Assembly (NCBI GenBank): GCA_964057225.1
Contig: CAXKVF010000076.1
Location: 558,001-622,000, forward strand
DNA length: 64,000 nt
Source: Auanema rhodensis
Taxonomy: Eukaryota; Animalia; Nematoda
Direction of reading: 5' to 3'
The stretch's first letter is position 1. Each line of letters opens with the position of its first letter. Position numbers and translations under genes: made by a program. Below the pieces are notes generated by a model that searched no databases, was not told where the DNA came from, and saw only the letters and a program-made list of their open reading frames with translations. This document shows positions 1 through 12,500 of this stretch, piece after piece.

Positions 1-176
1 CTAATATCAATAAAAATTTGTTTTTAGACTAATATGGACATGGGGAATCTAATTTTGAAAACCGCATCTCTTTATCTTTCACGTGAAGCGAGTTACATAC
101 CAAGTGCACATCACGTGTACATTTAATTAGCATAAATTAAAGTTCACGTAAATTTCAAAGTCGTGGTTACCATGCA
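1..176 (+). repeat. Representative 176-bp monomer (consensus 57 G+C of 176, ~32% GC)
   Basis: First full unit; the next starts at 177. Contains CACGTG at 80-85 and 112-117, CACGTA at 145-150, GTGCAC 104-109, TGTACA 116-121 and GGTTACC 165-171. This copy carries C2T and A163G. Confidence 0.97.
78..150. other. Three E-box/G-box-like CACGT(G/A) motifs per monomer (shown for monomer 1; repeated array-wide)
   Basis: TTCACGTGAA 78-87 (perfect 10-bp palindrome), ATCACGTG 110-117 and TTCACGTA 143-150. The motifs are seen directly; binding function is not demonstrated. Confidence 0.6.
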
Positions 177-2462
177 CCAATATCAATAAAAATTCGTTTT
201 TAGACTAATATGGACATGGGAAATCTAACTTTGAAAACCGCATCTCTTTATCTTTCACGTGAAGCGAGTTACATACCAAGTGCACATCACGTGTACATTT
301 AATTAGCATAAATTAAAGTTCACGTAAATTTCAAAGTCATGGTTACCATGCACCAATATCAATAAAAATTTGTTTTTAGACTAATATGGACATGAGGAAT
401 CTAATTTTGAAAACCGCATCTCTTTATCTTTCACGTGAAGCGAGTTACATACCAAGTGCACATCACGTGTACATTTAATTAGCATAAATTAAAGTTCACG
501 TAAATTTCAAAGTCATGGTTACCATGCACCAATATCAATAAAAATTTGTTTTTAGACTAATATGGACATGGGGAATAAATTTTGAAAACCGCATCTCTTT
601 ATCTTTCACGTGAAGCGAGTTACATACCAAGTGCACATCACGTGTACATTTAATTAGCATAAATTAAAGTTCACGTAAATTTCAAAGTCATGGTTACCAT
701 GCACCAATATCAATAAAAATTTGTTTTTAGACTAATATGGACATGGGGAATCTAATTTTGAAAACCGCATCTCTTTATCTTTCACGTGAAGCGAGTTACA
801 TACCAAGTGCACATCACGTGTACATTTAATTAGCATAAATTAAAGTTCACGTAAATTTCAAAGTCATGGTTACCATGCACCAATATCAATAAAAATTTGT
901 TTTTAGACTAATATGGACATGGGGAATCTAATTTTGAAAACCGCATCTCTTTATCTTTCACGTGAAGCGAGTTACATACCAAGTGCACATCACGTGTACA
1001 TTTAATTAGCATAAATTAAAGTTCACGTAAAGTTCAAAGTCGTGGTTACCATGCACCAATATCAATAAAAATTCGTTTTTAGACTAATATGGACATGGGA
1101 AATCTAACTTTGAAAACCGCATCTCTTTATCTTTCACGTGAAGCGAGTTACATACCAAGTGCACATCACGTGTACATTTAATTAGCATAAATTAAAGTTC
1201 ACGTAAATTTCAAAGTCATGGTTACCATGCACCAATATCAATAAAAATTTGTTTTTAGACTAATATGGACATGAGGAATCTAATTTTGAAAACCGCATCT
1301 CTTTATCTTTCACGTGAAGCGAGTTACATACCAAGTGCACATCACGTGTACATTTAATTAGCATAAATTAAAGTTCACGTAAATTTCAAAGTCATGGTTA
1401 CCATGCACCAATATCAATAAAAATTTGTTTTTAGACTAATATGGACATGGGGAATAAATTTTGAAAACCGCATCTCTTTATCTTTCACGTGAAGCGAGTT
1501 ACATACCAAGTGCACATCACGTGTACATTTAATTAGCATAAATTAAAGTTCACGTAAATTTCAAAGTCATGGTTACCATGCACCAATATCAATAAAAATT
1601 TGTTTTTAGACTAATATGGACATGGGGAATCTAATTTTGAAAACCGCATCTCTTTATCTTTCACGTGAAGCGAGTTACATACCAAGTGCACATCACGTGT
1701 ACATTTAATTAGCATAAATTAAAGTTCACGTAAATTTCAAAGTCATGGTTACCATGCACCAATATCAATAAAAATTTGTTTTTAGACTAATATGGACATG
1801 GGGAATCTAATTTTGAAAACCGCATCTCTTTATCTTTCACGTGAAGCGAGTTACATACCAAGTGCACATCACGTGTACATTTAATTAGCATAAATTAAAG
1901 TTCACGTAAATTTCAAAGTCGTGGTTACCATGCACCAATATCAATAAAAATTCGTTTTTAGACTAATATGGACATGGGGAATCTAACTTTGAAAACCGCA
2001 TCTCTTTATCTTTCACGTGAAGCGAGTTACATACCAAGTGCACATCACGTGTACATTTAATTAGCATAAATTAAAGTTCACGTAAATTTCAAAGTCATGG
2101 TTACCATGCACCAATATCAATAAAAATTTGTTTTTAGACTAATATGGACATGAGGAATCTAATTTTGAAAACCGCATCTCTTTATCTTTCACGTGAAGCG
2201 AGTTACATACCAAGTGCACATCACGTGTACATTTAATTAGCATAAATTAAAGTTCACGTAAATTTCAAAGTCATGGTTACCATGCACCAATATCAATAAA
2301 AATTTGTTTTTAGACTAATATGGACATGGGGAATCAAATTTTGAAAACCGCATCTCTTTATCTTTCACGTGAAGCGAGTTACATACCAAGTGCACATCAC
2401 GTGTACATTTAATTAGCATAAATTAAAGTTCACGTAAATTTCAAAGTCATGGTTACCATGAA

Positions 2463-3874
2463 CCAATATCAATAAAAATTTGTTTTTAGACTAATATGGA
2501 CATGAGGAATCTAATTTTGAAAACCGCATCTCTTTTTTTCTTTCACGTGAAGCGAGTTACATACCAAGTGCACATCACGTGTACATTTAATTAGCATAAA
2601 TTAAAGTTCACGTAAATTTCAAAGTCATGGTTACCATGAACCAATATCAATAAAAATTTGTTTTTTGACTAATATGGACATGGGGAATCTAATTTTGAAA
2701 ACCGCATCTCTTTATCTTTCACGTGAAGCGAGTTACATACCAAGTGCACATCACGTGTACATTTAATTAGCATAAATTAAAGTTCACGTAAATTTCAAAG
2801 TCATGGTTACCATGCACCAATATCAATAAAAATTTGTTTTTAGACTAATATGGACATGAGGAATCTAATTTTGAAAACCGCATCTCTTTATCTTTCACGT
2901 GAAGCGAGTTACATACCAAGTGCACATCACGTGTACATTTAATTAGCATAAATTAAAGTTCACGTAAATTTCAAAGTCATGGTTACCATGCACCAATATC
3001 AATAAAAATTTGTTTTTAGACTAATATGGACATGGGGAATCTAATTTTGAAAACCGCATCTCTTTATCTTTCACTTGAAGCGAGTTACATACCAAGTGCA
3101 CATCACGTGTACATTTAATTAGCATAAATTAAAGTTCACGTAAATTTCAAAGTCATGGTTACCATGAACCAATATCAATAAAAATTTGTTTTTAGACTAA
3201 TATGGACATGAGGAATCTAATTTTGAAAACCGCATCTCTTTTTTTCTTTCACGTGAAGCGAGTTACATACCAAGTGCACATCACGTGTACATTTAATTAG
3301 CATAAATTAAAGTTCACGTAAATTTCAAAGTCATGGTTACCATGAACCAATATCAATAAAAATTTGTTTTTTGACTAATATGGACATGGGGAATCTAATT
3401 TTGAAAACCGCATCTCTTTATCTTTCACGTGAAGCGAGTTACATACCAAGTGCACATCACGTGTACATTTAATTAGCATAAATTAAAGTTCACGTAAATT
3501 TCAAAGTCATGGTTACCATGCACCAATATCAATAAAAATTTGTTTTTAGACTAATATGGACATGAGGAATCTAATTTTGAAAACCGCATCTCTTTATCTT
3601 TCACGTGAAGCGAGTTACATACCAAGAGCACATCACGTGTACATTTAATTAGCATAAATTAAAGTTCACGTAAATTTCAAAGTCATGGTTACCATGCACC
3701 AATATCAATAAAAATTTGTTTTTAGACTAATATGGACATGGGGAATCTAATTTTGAAAACCGCATCTCTTTATATTTCACGTGAAGCGAGTTACATACCA
3801 AGTGCACCTCACGTGTACATTTAATTAGCATAAATTAAAGTTCACGTAAATTTCAAAGTCATGGTTACCATGCA
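2463..3874 (+). repeat. 4-monomer tandem duplication (706 bp)
   Basis: A +2 T expansion (CATCTCTTTTTTTCTTTC) ends at 2540 and 3246 (spacing 706 = 4x176+2); each is followed by an A26T monomer (~2666, ~3372). Confidence 0.88.
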
Positions 3875-4050
3875 CCAATATCAATAAAAATTTGTTTTTA
3901 GACTAATATGGACATGAGGAATCTAATTTTGAAAACCGCATCTCTTTATCTTTCACGTGAAGCGAGTTACATACCAAGTGCACATCACGTGTACATTTAA
4001 TTAGCATAAATTAAAGTTCACGTAAATTTCAAAGTCATGGTTACCATGCA

Positions 4051-7000
4051 CCAATATCAATAAAAATTTGTTTTTAGACTAATATGGACATGGGGAATCT
4101 AATTTTGAAAACCGCATCTCTTTATCTTTCACGTGAAGCGAGTTACATACCAAGTGCACAGCACGTGTACATTTAATTAGCATAAATTAAAGTTCACGTA
4201 AATTTCAAAGTCATGGTTACCATGCACCAATATCAATAAAAATTTGTTTTTAGACTAATATGGACATGGGGAATCTAATTTTGAAAACCGCATCTCTTTA
4301 TCTTTCACGTGAAGCGAGTTACTTACCAAGTGCACATCACGTTTACATTTAATTAGCATAAATTAAAGTTCACGTAAATTTCAAAGTCATGGTTACCATG
4401 AACCAATATCAATAAAAATTTGTTTTTAGACTAATATGGACATGGGGAATCTAATTTTGAAAACCGCATCTCTTTATCTTTCACGTGAAGCGAGTTACAT
4501 ACCAAGTGCACATCACGTGTACATTTAATTAGCATAAATTAAAGTTCACGTAAATTTCAAAGTCATGGTTACCATGCACCAATATCAATAAAAATTTGTT
4601 TTTAGACTAATATGGACATGGGGAATCTAATTTTGAAAACCGCATCTCTTTATCTTTCACGTGAAGCGAGTTACATACCAAGTGCACATCACGTGTACAT
4701 TTAATTAGCATAAATTAAAGTTCACGTAAATTTCAAAGTCATGGTTACCATGAACCAATATCAATAAAAATTTGTTTTTAGACTAATATGGACATGGGGA
4801 ATCTAATTTTGAAAACCGCATCTCTTTATCTTTCACGTGAAGCGAGTTACATACCAAGTGCACATCACGTGTACATTTAATTAGCATAAATTAAAGTTCA
4901 CGTAAATTTCAAAGTCATGGTTACCATGCACCAATATCAACAAAAATCTGTTTTTAGACTAATATGGACATGGGGAATCTAATTTTGAAAACCGCATCTC
5001 TTTATCTTTCACGTGAAGCGAGTTACATACCAAGTGCACATCACGTGTACATTTAATTACCATAAATTAAAGTTCACGTAATTTTCAAAGTCATGGTTAC
5101 CATGCACCAATATCAATAAAAATTTGTTTTTAGACTAATATGGACATGGGGAATCTAATTTTGAAAACCGCATCTCTTTATCTTTCACGTGAAGCGAGTT
5201 ACATATCAAGTGCACATCACGTGTACATTTAATTAGCATAAATTAAAGTTCACGTAAATTTCAAAGTCATGGTTACCATTAACCAATATCAATAAAAATT
5301 TGTTTTTAGACTAATATGGACATGGGGAATCTAATTTTGAAAACCGCATCTCTTTATCTTTCAAGTGAAGCGAGTTACATACCAAGTGCACATCACGTGT
5401 ACATTTAATTAGCATAAATTAAAGTTCACGTAAATTTCAAAGTCATGGTTACCATGCACCAATATCAATAAAAATTTGTTTTTAGACTAATATGGACATG
5501 GGGAATCTAATTTTGAAAACCGCATCTCTTTATCTTTCACGTGAAGCGAGTTACATACCAAGTGCACATCACGTGTACATTTAATTAGCATAAATTAAAG
5601 TTCACGTAAATTTCAAAGTCATGGTTACCATGCACCAATATCATAAAAATTGGTTTTTAGACTAATATGGACATGAGGAATCTAATTTTGAAAACCGCAT
5701 CTCTTTATCTTTCACGTGAAGCGAGTTACATACCAAGTGCACATCACGTGTACATTTAATTAGCATAAATTAAAGTTCACGTAAATTTCAAAGTCATGGT
5801 TACCATGCACCAATATCAATAAAAATTTGTTTTTAGACTAATATGGACATGGGGAATCTAATTTTGAAAACCGCATCTCTTTATATTTCACGTGAAGCGA
5901 GTTACATACCAAGTGCACATCACGTGTACATTTAATTAGCATAAATTAAAGTTCACGTAAATTTCAAAGTCATGGTTACCATGCACCAATATCAATAAAA
6001 ATTTGTTTTTAGACTAATATGGACATGGGGAATCTAATTTTGAAAACCGCATCTCTTTATCTTTCACGTGAAGCGAGTTACATACCAAGTGCACATCACG
6101 TGTACATTTAATTAGCATAAATTAAAGTTCACGTAAATTTCAAAGTCATGGTTACCATGAACCAATATCAATAAAAATTTGTTTTTAGACTAATATGTAC
6201 ATGGGGAATCTAATTTTGAAAACCGCATCTCTTTATCTTTCACGTGAAGCGAGTTACATACCAAGTGCACATCACGTGTACATTTAATTAGCATAAAATA
6301 AAGTTCACGTAAATTTCAAAGTCATGGTTACCATGCACCAATATCAATAAAAATCTGTTTTTAGACTAATATGGACATGGGGGATCTAATTTTGAAAACC
6401 GCATCTCTTTATCTTTCACGTGAAGCGAGTTACATACCAAGTGCACATCACGTGTACATTTAATTAGCATAAATTAAAGTTCACGTAAATTTCAAAGTCA
6501 TGGTTACCATGCACCAATATCAATAAAAATTTGTTTTTAGACTAATATGGACATGGGGAATCTAATTTTGAAAACCGCATCTCTTTATCTTTCACGTCAA
6601 GCGAGTTACATATCAAGTGCACATCACGTGTACATTTAATTAGCATAAATTAAAGTTCACGTAAATTTCAAAGTCATGGTTACCATTAACCAATATCAAT
6701 AAAAATTTGTTTTTAGACTAATATGGACATGGGGAATCTAATTTTGAAAACCGCATCTCTTCATCTTTCACGTGAAGCGAGTTACATACCAAGTGCACAT
6801 CACGTGTACATTTAATTAGCATAAATTAAAGTTCACGTAAATTTCAAAGTCATGGTTACCATGCACCAATATCAATAAAAATTTGTTTTTAGACTAATAT
6901 GGACATGGGGAATCTAATTTTGAAAACCGCATCTCTTTATCTTTCACGTGAAGCGAGTTACATACCAAGTGCACAGCACGTGTACATTTAATTAGCATAA

Positions 7001-9504
7001 ATTAAAGTTCACGTAAATTTCAAAGTCATGGTTACCATGCACCAATATCAATAAAAATTTGTTTTTAGACTAATATGGACATGGGGAATCTAATTTTGAA
7101 AACCGCATCTCTTTATCTTTCACGTGAAGCGAGTTACTTACCAAGTGCACATCACGTTTACATTTAATTAGCATAAATTAAAGTTCACGTAAATTTCAAA
7201 GTCATGGTTACCATGAACCAATATCAATAAAAATTTGTTTTTAGACTAATATGGACATGGGGAATCTAATTTTGAAAACCGCATCTCTTTATCTTTCACG
7301 TGAAGCGAGTTACATACCAAGTGCACATCACGTGTACATTTAATTAGCATAAATTAAAGTTCACGTAAATTTCAAAGTCATGGTTACCATGCACCAATAT
7401 CAATAAAAATTTGTTTTTAGACTAATATGGACATGGGGAATCTAATTTTGAAAACCGCATCTCTTTATCTTTCACGTGAAGCGAGTTACATACCAAGTGC
7501 ACATCACGTGTACATTTAATTAGCATAAATTAAAGTTCACGTAAATTTCAAAGTCATGGTTACCATGAACCAATATCAATAAAAATTTGTTTTTAGACTA
7601 ATATGGACATGGGGAATCTAATTTTGAAAACCGCATCTCTTTATCTTTCACGTGAAGCGAGTTACATACCAAGTGCACATCACGTGTACATTTAATTAGC
7701 ATAAATTAAAGTTCACGTAAATTTCAAAGTCATGGTTACCATGCACCAATATCAACAAAAATCTGTTTTTAGACTAATATGGACATGGGGAATCTAATTT
7801 TGAAAACCGCATCTCTTTATCTTTCACGTGAAGCGAGTTACATACCAAGTGCACATCACGTGTACATTTAATTACCATAAATTAAAGTTCACGTAATTTT
7901 CAAAGTCATGGTTACCATGCACCAATATCAATAAAAATTTGTTTTTAGACTAATATGGACATGGGGAATCTAATTTTGAAAACCGCATCTCTTTATCTTT
8001 CACGTGAAGCGAGTTACATATCAAGTGCACATCACGTGTACATTTAATTAGCATAAATTAAAGTTCACGTAAATTTCAAAGTCATGGTTACCATTAACCA
8101 ATATCAATAAAAATTTGTTTTTAGACTAATATGGACATGGGGAATCTAATTTTGAAAACCGCATCTCTTTATCTTTCAAGTGAAGCGAGTTACATACCAA
8201 GTGCACATCACGTGTACATTTAATTAGCATAAATTAAAGTTCACGTAAATTTCAATGTCATGGTTACCATGCACCAATATCAATAAAAATTTGTTTTTAG
8301 ACTAATATGGACATGGGGAATCTAATTTTGAAAACCGCATCTCTTTATCTTTCACGTGAAGCGAGTTACATACCAAGTGCACATCACGTGTACATTTAAT
8401 TAGCATAAATTAAAGTTCACGTAAATTTCAAAGTCATGGTTACCATGCACCAATATCATAAAAATTGGTTTTTAGACTAATATGGACATGAGGAATCTAA
8501 TTTTGAAAACCGCATCTCTTTATCTTTCACGTGAAGCGAGTTACATACCAAGTGCACATCACGTGTACATTTAATTAGCATAAATTAAAGTTCACGTAAA
8601 TTTCAAAGTCATGGTTACCATGCACCAATATCAATAAAAATTTGTTTTTAGACTAATATGGACATGGGGAATCTAATTTTGAAAACCGCATCTCTTTATA
8701 TTTCACGTGAAGCGAGTTACATACCAAGTGCACATCACGTGTACATTTAATTAGCATAAATTAAAGTTCACGTAAATTTCAAAGTCATGGTTACCATGCA
8801 CCAATATCAATAAAAATTTGTTTTTAGACTAATATGGACATGGGGAATCTAATTTTGAAAACCGCATCTCTTTATCTTTCACGTGAAGCGAGTTACATAC
8901 CAAGTGCACATCACGTGTACATTTAATTAGCATAAATTAAAGTTCACGTAAATTTCAAAGTCATGGTTACCATGAACCAATATCAATAAAAATTTGTTTT
9001 TAGACTAATATGTACATGGGGAATCTAATTTTGAAAACCGCATCTCTTTATCTTTCACGTGAAGCGAGTTACATACCAAGTGCACATCACGTGTACATTT
9101 AATTAGCATAAAATAAAGTTCACGTAAATTTCAAAGTCATGGTTACCATGCACCAATATCAATAAAAATCTGTTTTTAGACTAATATGGACATGGGGGAT
9201 CTAATTTTGAAAACCGCATCTCTTTATCTTTCACGTGAAGCGAGTTACATATCAAGTGCACATCACGTGTACATTTAATTAGCATAAATTAAAGTTCACG
9301 TAAATTTCAAAGTCATGGTTACCATTAACCAATATCAATAAAAATTTGTTTTTAGACTAATATGGACATGGGGAATCTAATTTTGAAAACCGCATCTCTT
9401 CATCTTTCACGTGAAGCGAGTTACATACCAAGTGCACATCACGTGTACATTTAATTAGCATAAATTAAAGTTCACGTAAATTTCAAAGTCATGGTTACCA
9501 TGCA
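4051..9504 (+). repeat. 16-monomer tandem duplication (2815 bp); second copy one monomer shorter
   Basis: Private variants paired at 2815-bp offset: T111G 4161/6976, GGGGGATC ~6383/~9198, the TCATAAAAATTGG deletion ~5643/~8458, plus CAACAAAAATCTG, TAATTACC and CATAAAATA. T73C is paired at only 2639 bp (6762/9401). Confidence 0.9.
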
Positions 9505-12500
9505 CCAATATCAATAAAAATTTGTTTTTAGACTAATATGGACATGGGGAATCTAATTTTGAAAACCGCATCTCTTTATCTTTCACGTGAAGCGAGTTAC
9601 ATACCAAGTGCACATCACGTGTACATTTAATTAGCATAAATTAAAGTTCACGTAAATTTCAAAGTCATGGTTACCATGCACCAATATCAATAAAAATTTG
9701 TTTTTAGACTAATATGGACATGGGGAATCTAATTTTGAAAACCGCATCTCTTTATCTTTCACGTGAAGCGAGTTACATATCAAGTGCACATCACGTGTAC
9801 ATTTAATTAGCATAAATTAAAGTTCACGTAAATTTCAAAGTCATGGTTACCATTAACCAATATCAATAAAAATTTGTTTTTAGACTAATATGGACATGGG
9901 GAATCTAATTTTGAAAACCGCATTTCTTTATCTTTCACGTGAAGCGAGTTACATACCAAGTGCACATCACGTGTACATTTAATTAGCATAAATTAAAGTT
10001 CACGTAAATTTCAAAGTCATGGTTACCATGCACGAATATCAATAAAAATTTGTTTTTAGACTAATATGGACATGAGGAATCTAATTTTGAAAACCGCATC
10101 TCTTTATCTTTCACGTGAAGCGAGTTACATACCAAGTGCACACCACGTGTACATTTAATTAGCATAAATTAAAGTTCACGTAAATTTCAAAGTCATGGTT
10201 ACCATGCACCAATATCAATAAAAATTTGTTTTTAGACTAATATGGACATGGGGAATCTAATTTTGAAAACCGCATCTCTTTATATTTCACGTGAAGCGAG
10301 TTACATACCAAGTGCACATCACGTGTACATTTAATTAGCATAAATTAAAGTTCACGTAAATTTCAAAGTCATGGTTACCATGAACCAATATCAATAAAAA
10401 TTTGTTTTTAGACTAATATGGACATGGGGAATCTAATTTTGAAAACCGCATCTCTTTATCTTTCACGTGAAGCGAGTTACATACCAAGTGCACATCACGT
10501 GTACATTTAATTAGCATAAATTAAAGTTCACGTAAATTTCAAAGTCATGGTTACCATGCACCAATATCAATAAAAATTTGTTTTTAGACTAATATGGACA
10601 TGGGGAATCTAATTTTGAAAACCGCATCTCTTTATCTTCCACGTGAAGCGAGTTACATACCAAGTGCACATCACGTGTACATTTAATTAGCATAAATTAA
10701 AGTTCACGTAAATTTCAAAGTCATGGTTACCATGAACCAATATCAATAAAAATTTGTTTTTAGACTAATATGGACATGGGGAATCAAAGTTTGAAAACCG
10801 CATCTCTTTATCTTTCACGTGAAGCGAGTTACATACCAAGTGCACATCACGTGTACATTTAATTAGCATAAATTAAAGTTCACGTAAATTTCAAAGTCAT
10901 GGTTACCATGAACCAATATCAATAAAAATTTGTTTTTAGACTAATATGGACATGGGGAATCTAATTTTGAAAACCGCATCACTTTATCTTTCACGTGAAG
11001 CGAGTTACATACCAAGTGCACATCACGTGTACATTTAATTAGCATAAATTAAAGTTCACGTAAATTTCAAAGTCATGGTTACCATGCACCAATATCAATA
11101 AAAATTTGTTTTCAGACTAATATGGACATGGGGAATCTAATTTTGAAAACCGCATCTCTTTATCTTTCACGTGAAGCGAGTTACATACCAAGTGCACATC
11201 ACGTGTACATTTAATTAGCATAAATTAAAGTTCACGTAAATTTCAAAGTCATGGTTACCATGCACCAATATCAATAAAAATCTGTTTTTAGACTAATATG
11301 GACATGGGGAATCTAATTTTGAAAACCGCATCTCTTTATATTTCACGTGAAGCGAGTTACATACCAAGTGCACATCACGTGTACATTTAATTAGCATAAA
11401 TTAAAGTTCACGTAAATTTCAAAGTCATGGTTACCATGCACCAATATCAATAAAAATTTGTTTTTAGACTAATATGGACATGGGGAATCTAATTTTGAAA
11501 ACCGCATCTCTTTATATTTCACGTGAAGCGAGTTACATACCAAGTGCACATCACGTGTACATTTAATTAGCATAAATTAAAGTTCACGTAAATTTCAAAG
11601 TCATGGTTACCATGAACCAATATCAATAAAAATTTGTTTTTAGACTAATATGGACATGGGGAATCTAATTTTGAAAACCGCATCTCTTTATCTTTCACGT
11701 GAAGCGAGTTACATACCAAGTGCACATCACGTGTACATTTAATTAGCATAAATTAAAGTTCACGTAAATTTCAAAGTCATGGTTACCATGCACCAATATC
11801 AATAAAAATTTGTTTTTAGACTAATATGGACATGGGGAATCTAATTTTGAAAACCGCATCTCTTTATCTTCCACGTGAAGCGAGTTACATACCAAGTGCA
11901 CATCACGTGTACATTTAATTAGCATAAATTAAAGTTCACGTAAATTTCAAAGTCATGGTTACCATGAACCAATATCAATAAAAATTTGTTTTTAGACTAA
12001 TATGTACATGGGGAATCTAATTTTGAAAACCGCATCTCTTTATCTTTCACGTGAAGCGAGTTACATACCAAGTGCACATCACGTGTACATTTAATTAGCA
12101 TAAATTAAAGTTCACGTAAATTTCAAAGTCATGGTTACCATGCACCAATATCAATAAAAATTTGTTTTTAGACTAATATGGACATGGGGAATCAAAGTTT
12201 GAAAACCGCATCTCTTTATCTTTCACGTGAAGCGAGTTACATACCAAGTGCACATCACGTGTACATTTAATTAGCATAAATTAAAGTTCACGTAAATTTC
12301 AAAGTCATGGTTACCATGAACCAATATCAATAAAAATTTGTTTTTAGACTAATATGGACATGGGGAATCCAATTTTGAAAACCGCATCACTTTATCTTTC
12401 ACGTGAAGCGAGTTACATACCAAGTGCACATCACGTTTACATTTAATTAGCATAAATTAAAGTTCACGTAAATTTCAAAGTCATGGTTACCATGCACCAA

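Larger units (their letters stand above)
1..2460 (+). repeat. 5-monomer higher-order repeat (879 bp), ~2.7 copies
   Basis: A163G at 163, 1042 and 1921 (spacing 879 = 5x176-1), each followed by a T19C/T53C monomer and then a G43A monomer; 1-bp deletion (GAATAAATTTT) at ~576 and ~1455. Confidence 0.9.

Noticed and set aside
1-176. Identity with known 171-178 bp satellites (Brassica CentBr, Arabidopsis CEN178, primate alpha satellite, honeybee AluI repeat)
   Set aside because: Only the length is similar; there is no AAGCTT or AGCT site and no sequence resemblance that I can recall. A BLAST search is needed for a real assignment.
1-176. Tandem 5S rRNA, tRNA, snRNA or spliced-leader gene array
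   Set aside because: No recognisable conserved RNA sequence, cloverleaf or Pol III A/B/C boxes in the monomer on either strand; an Rfam/Infernal scan would confirm.
177-190. CCAAT box and AATAAA poly(A) signal as promoter/terminator elements
   Set aside because: Short motifs expected in AT-rich DNA; there is no associated transcription unit.
192-210. CENP-B box in T19C monomers (ATTCGTTTTTAGAC)
   Set aside because: Only the TTCG part matches NTTCGNNNNANNCGGGN; the CGGG half is absent, and the variant occurs in just three monomers.
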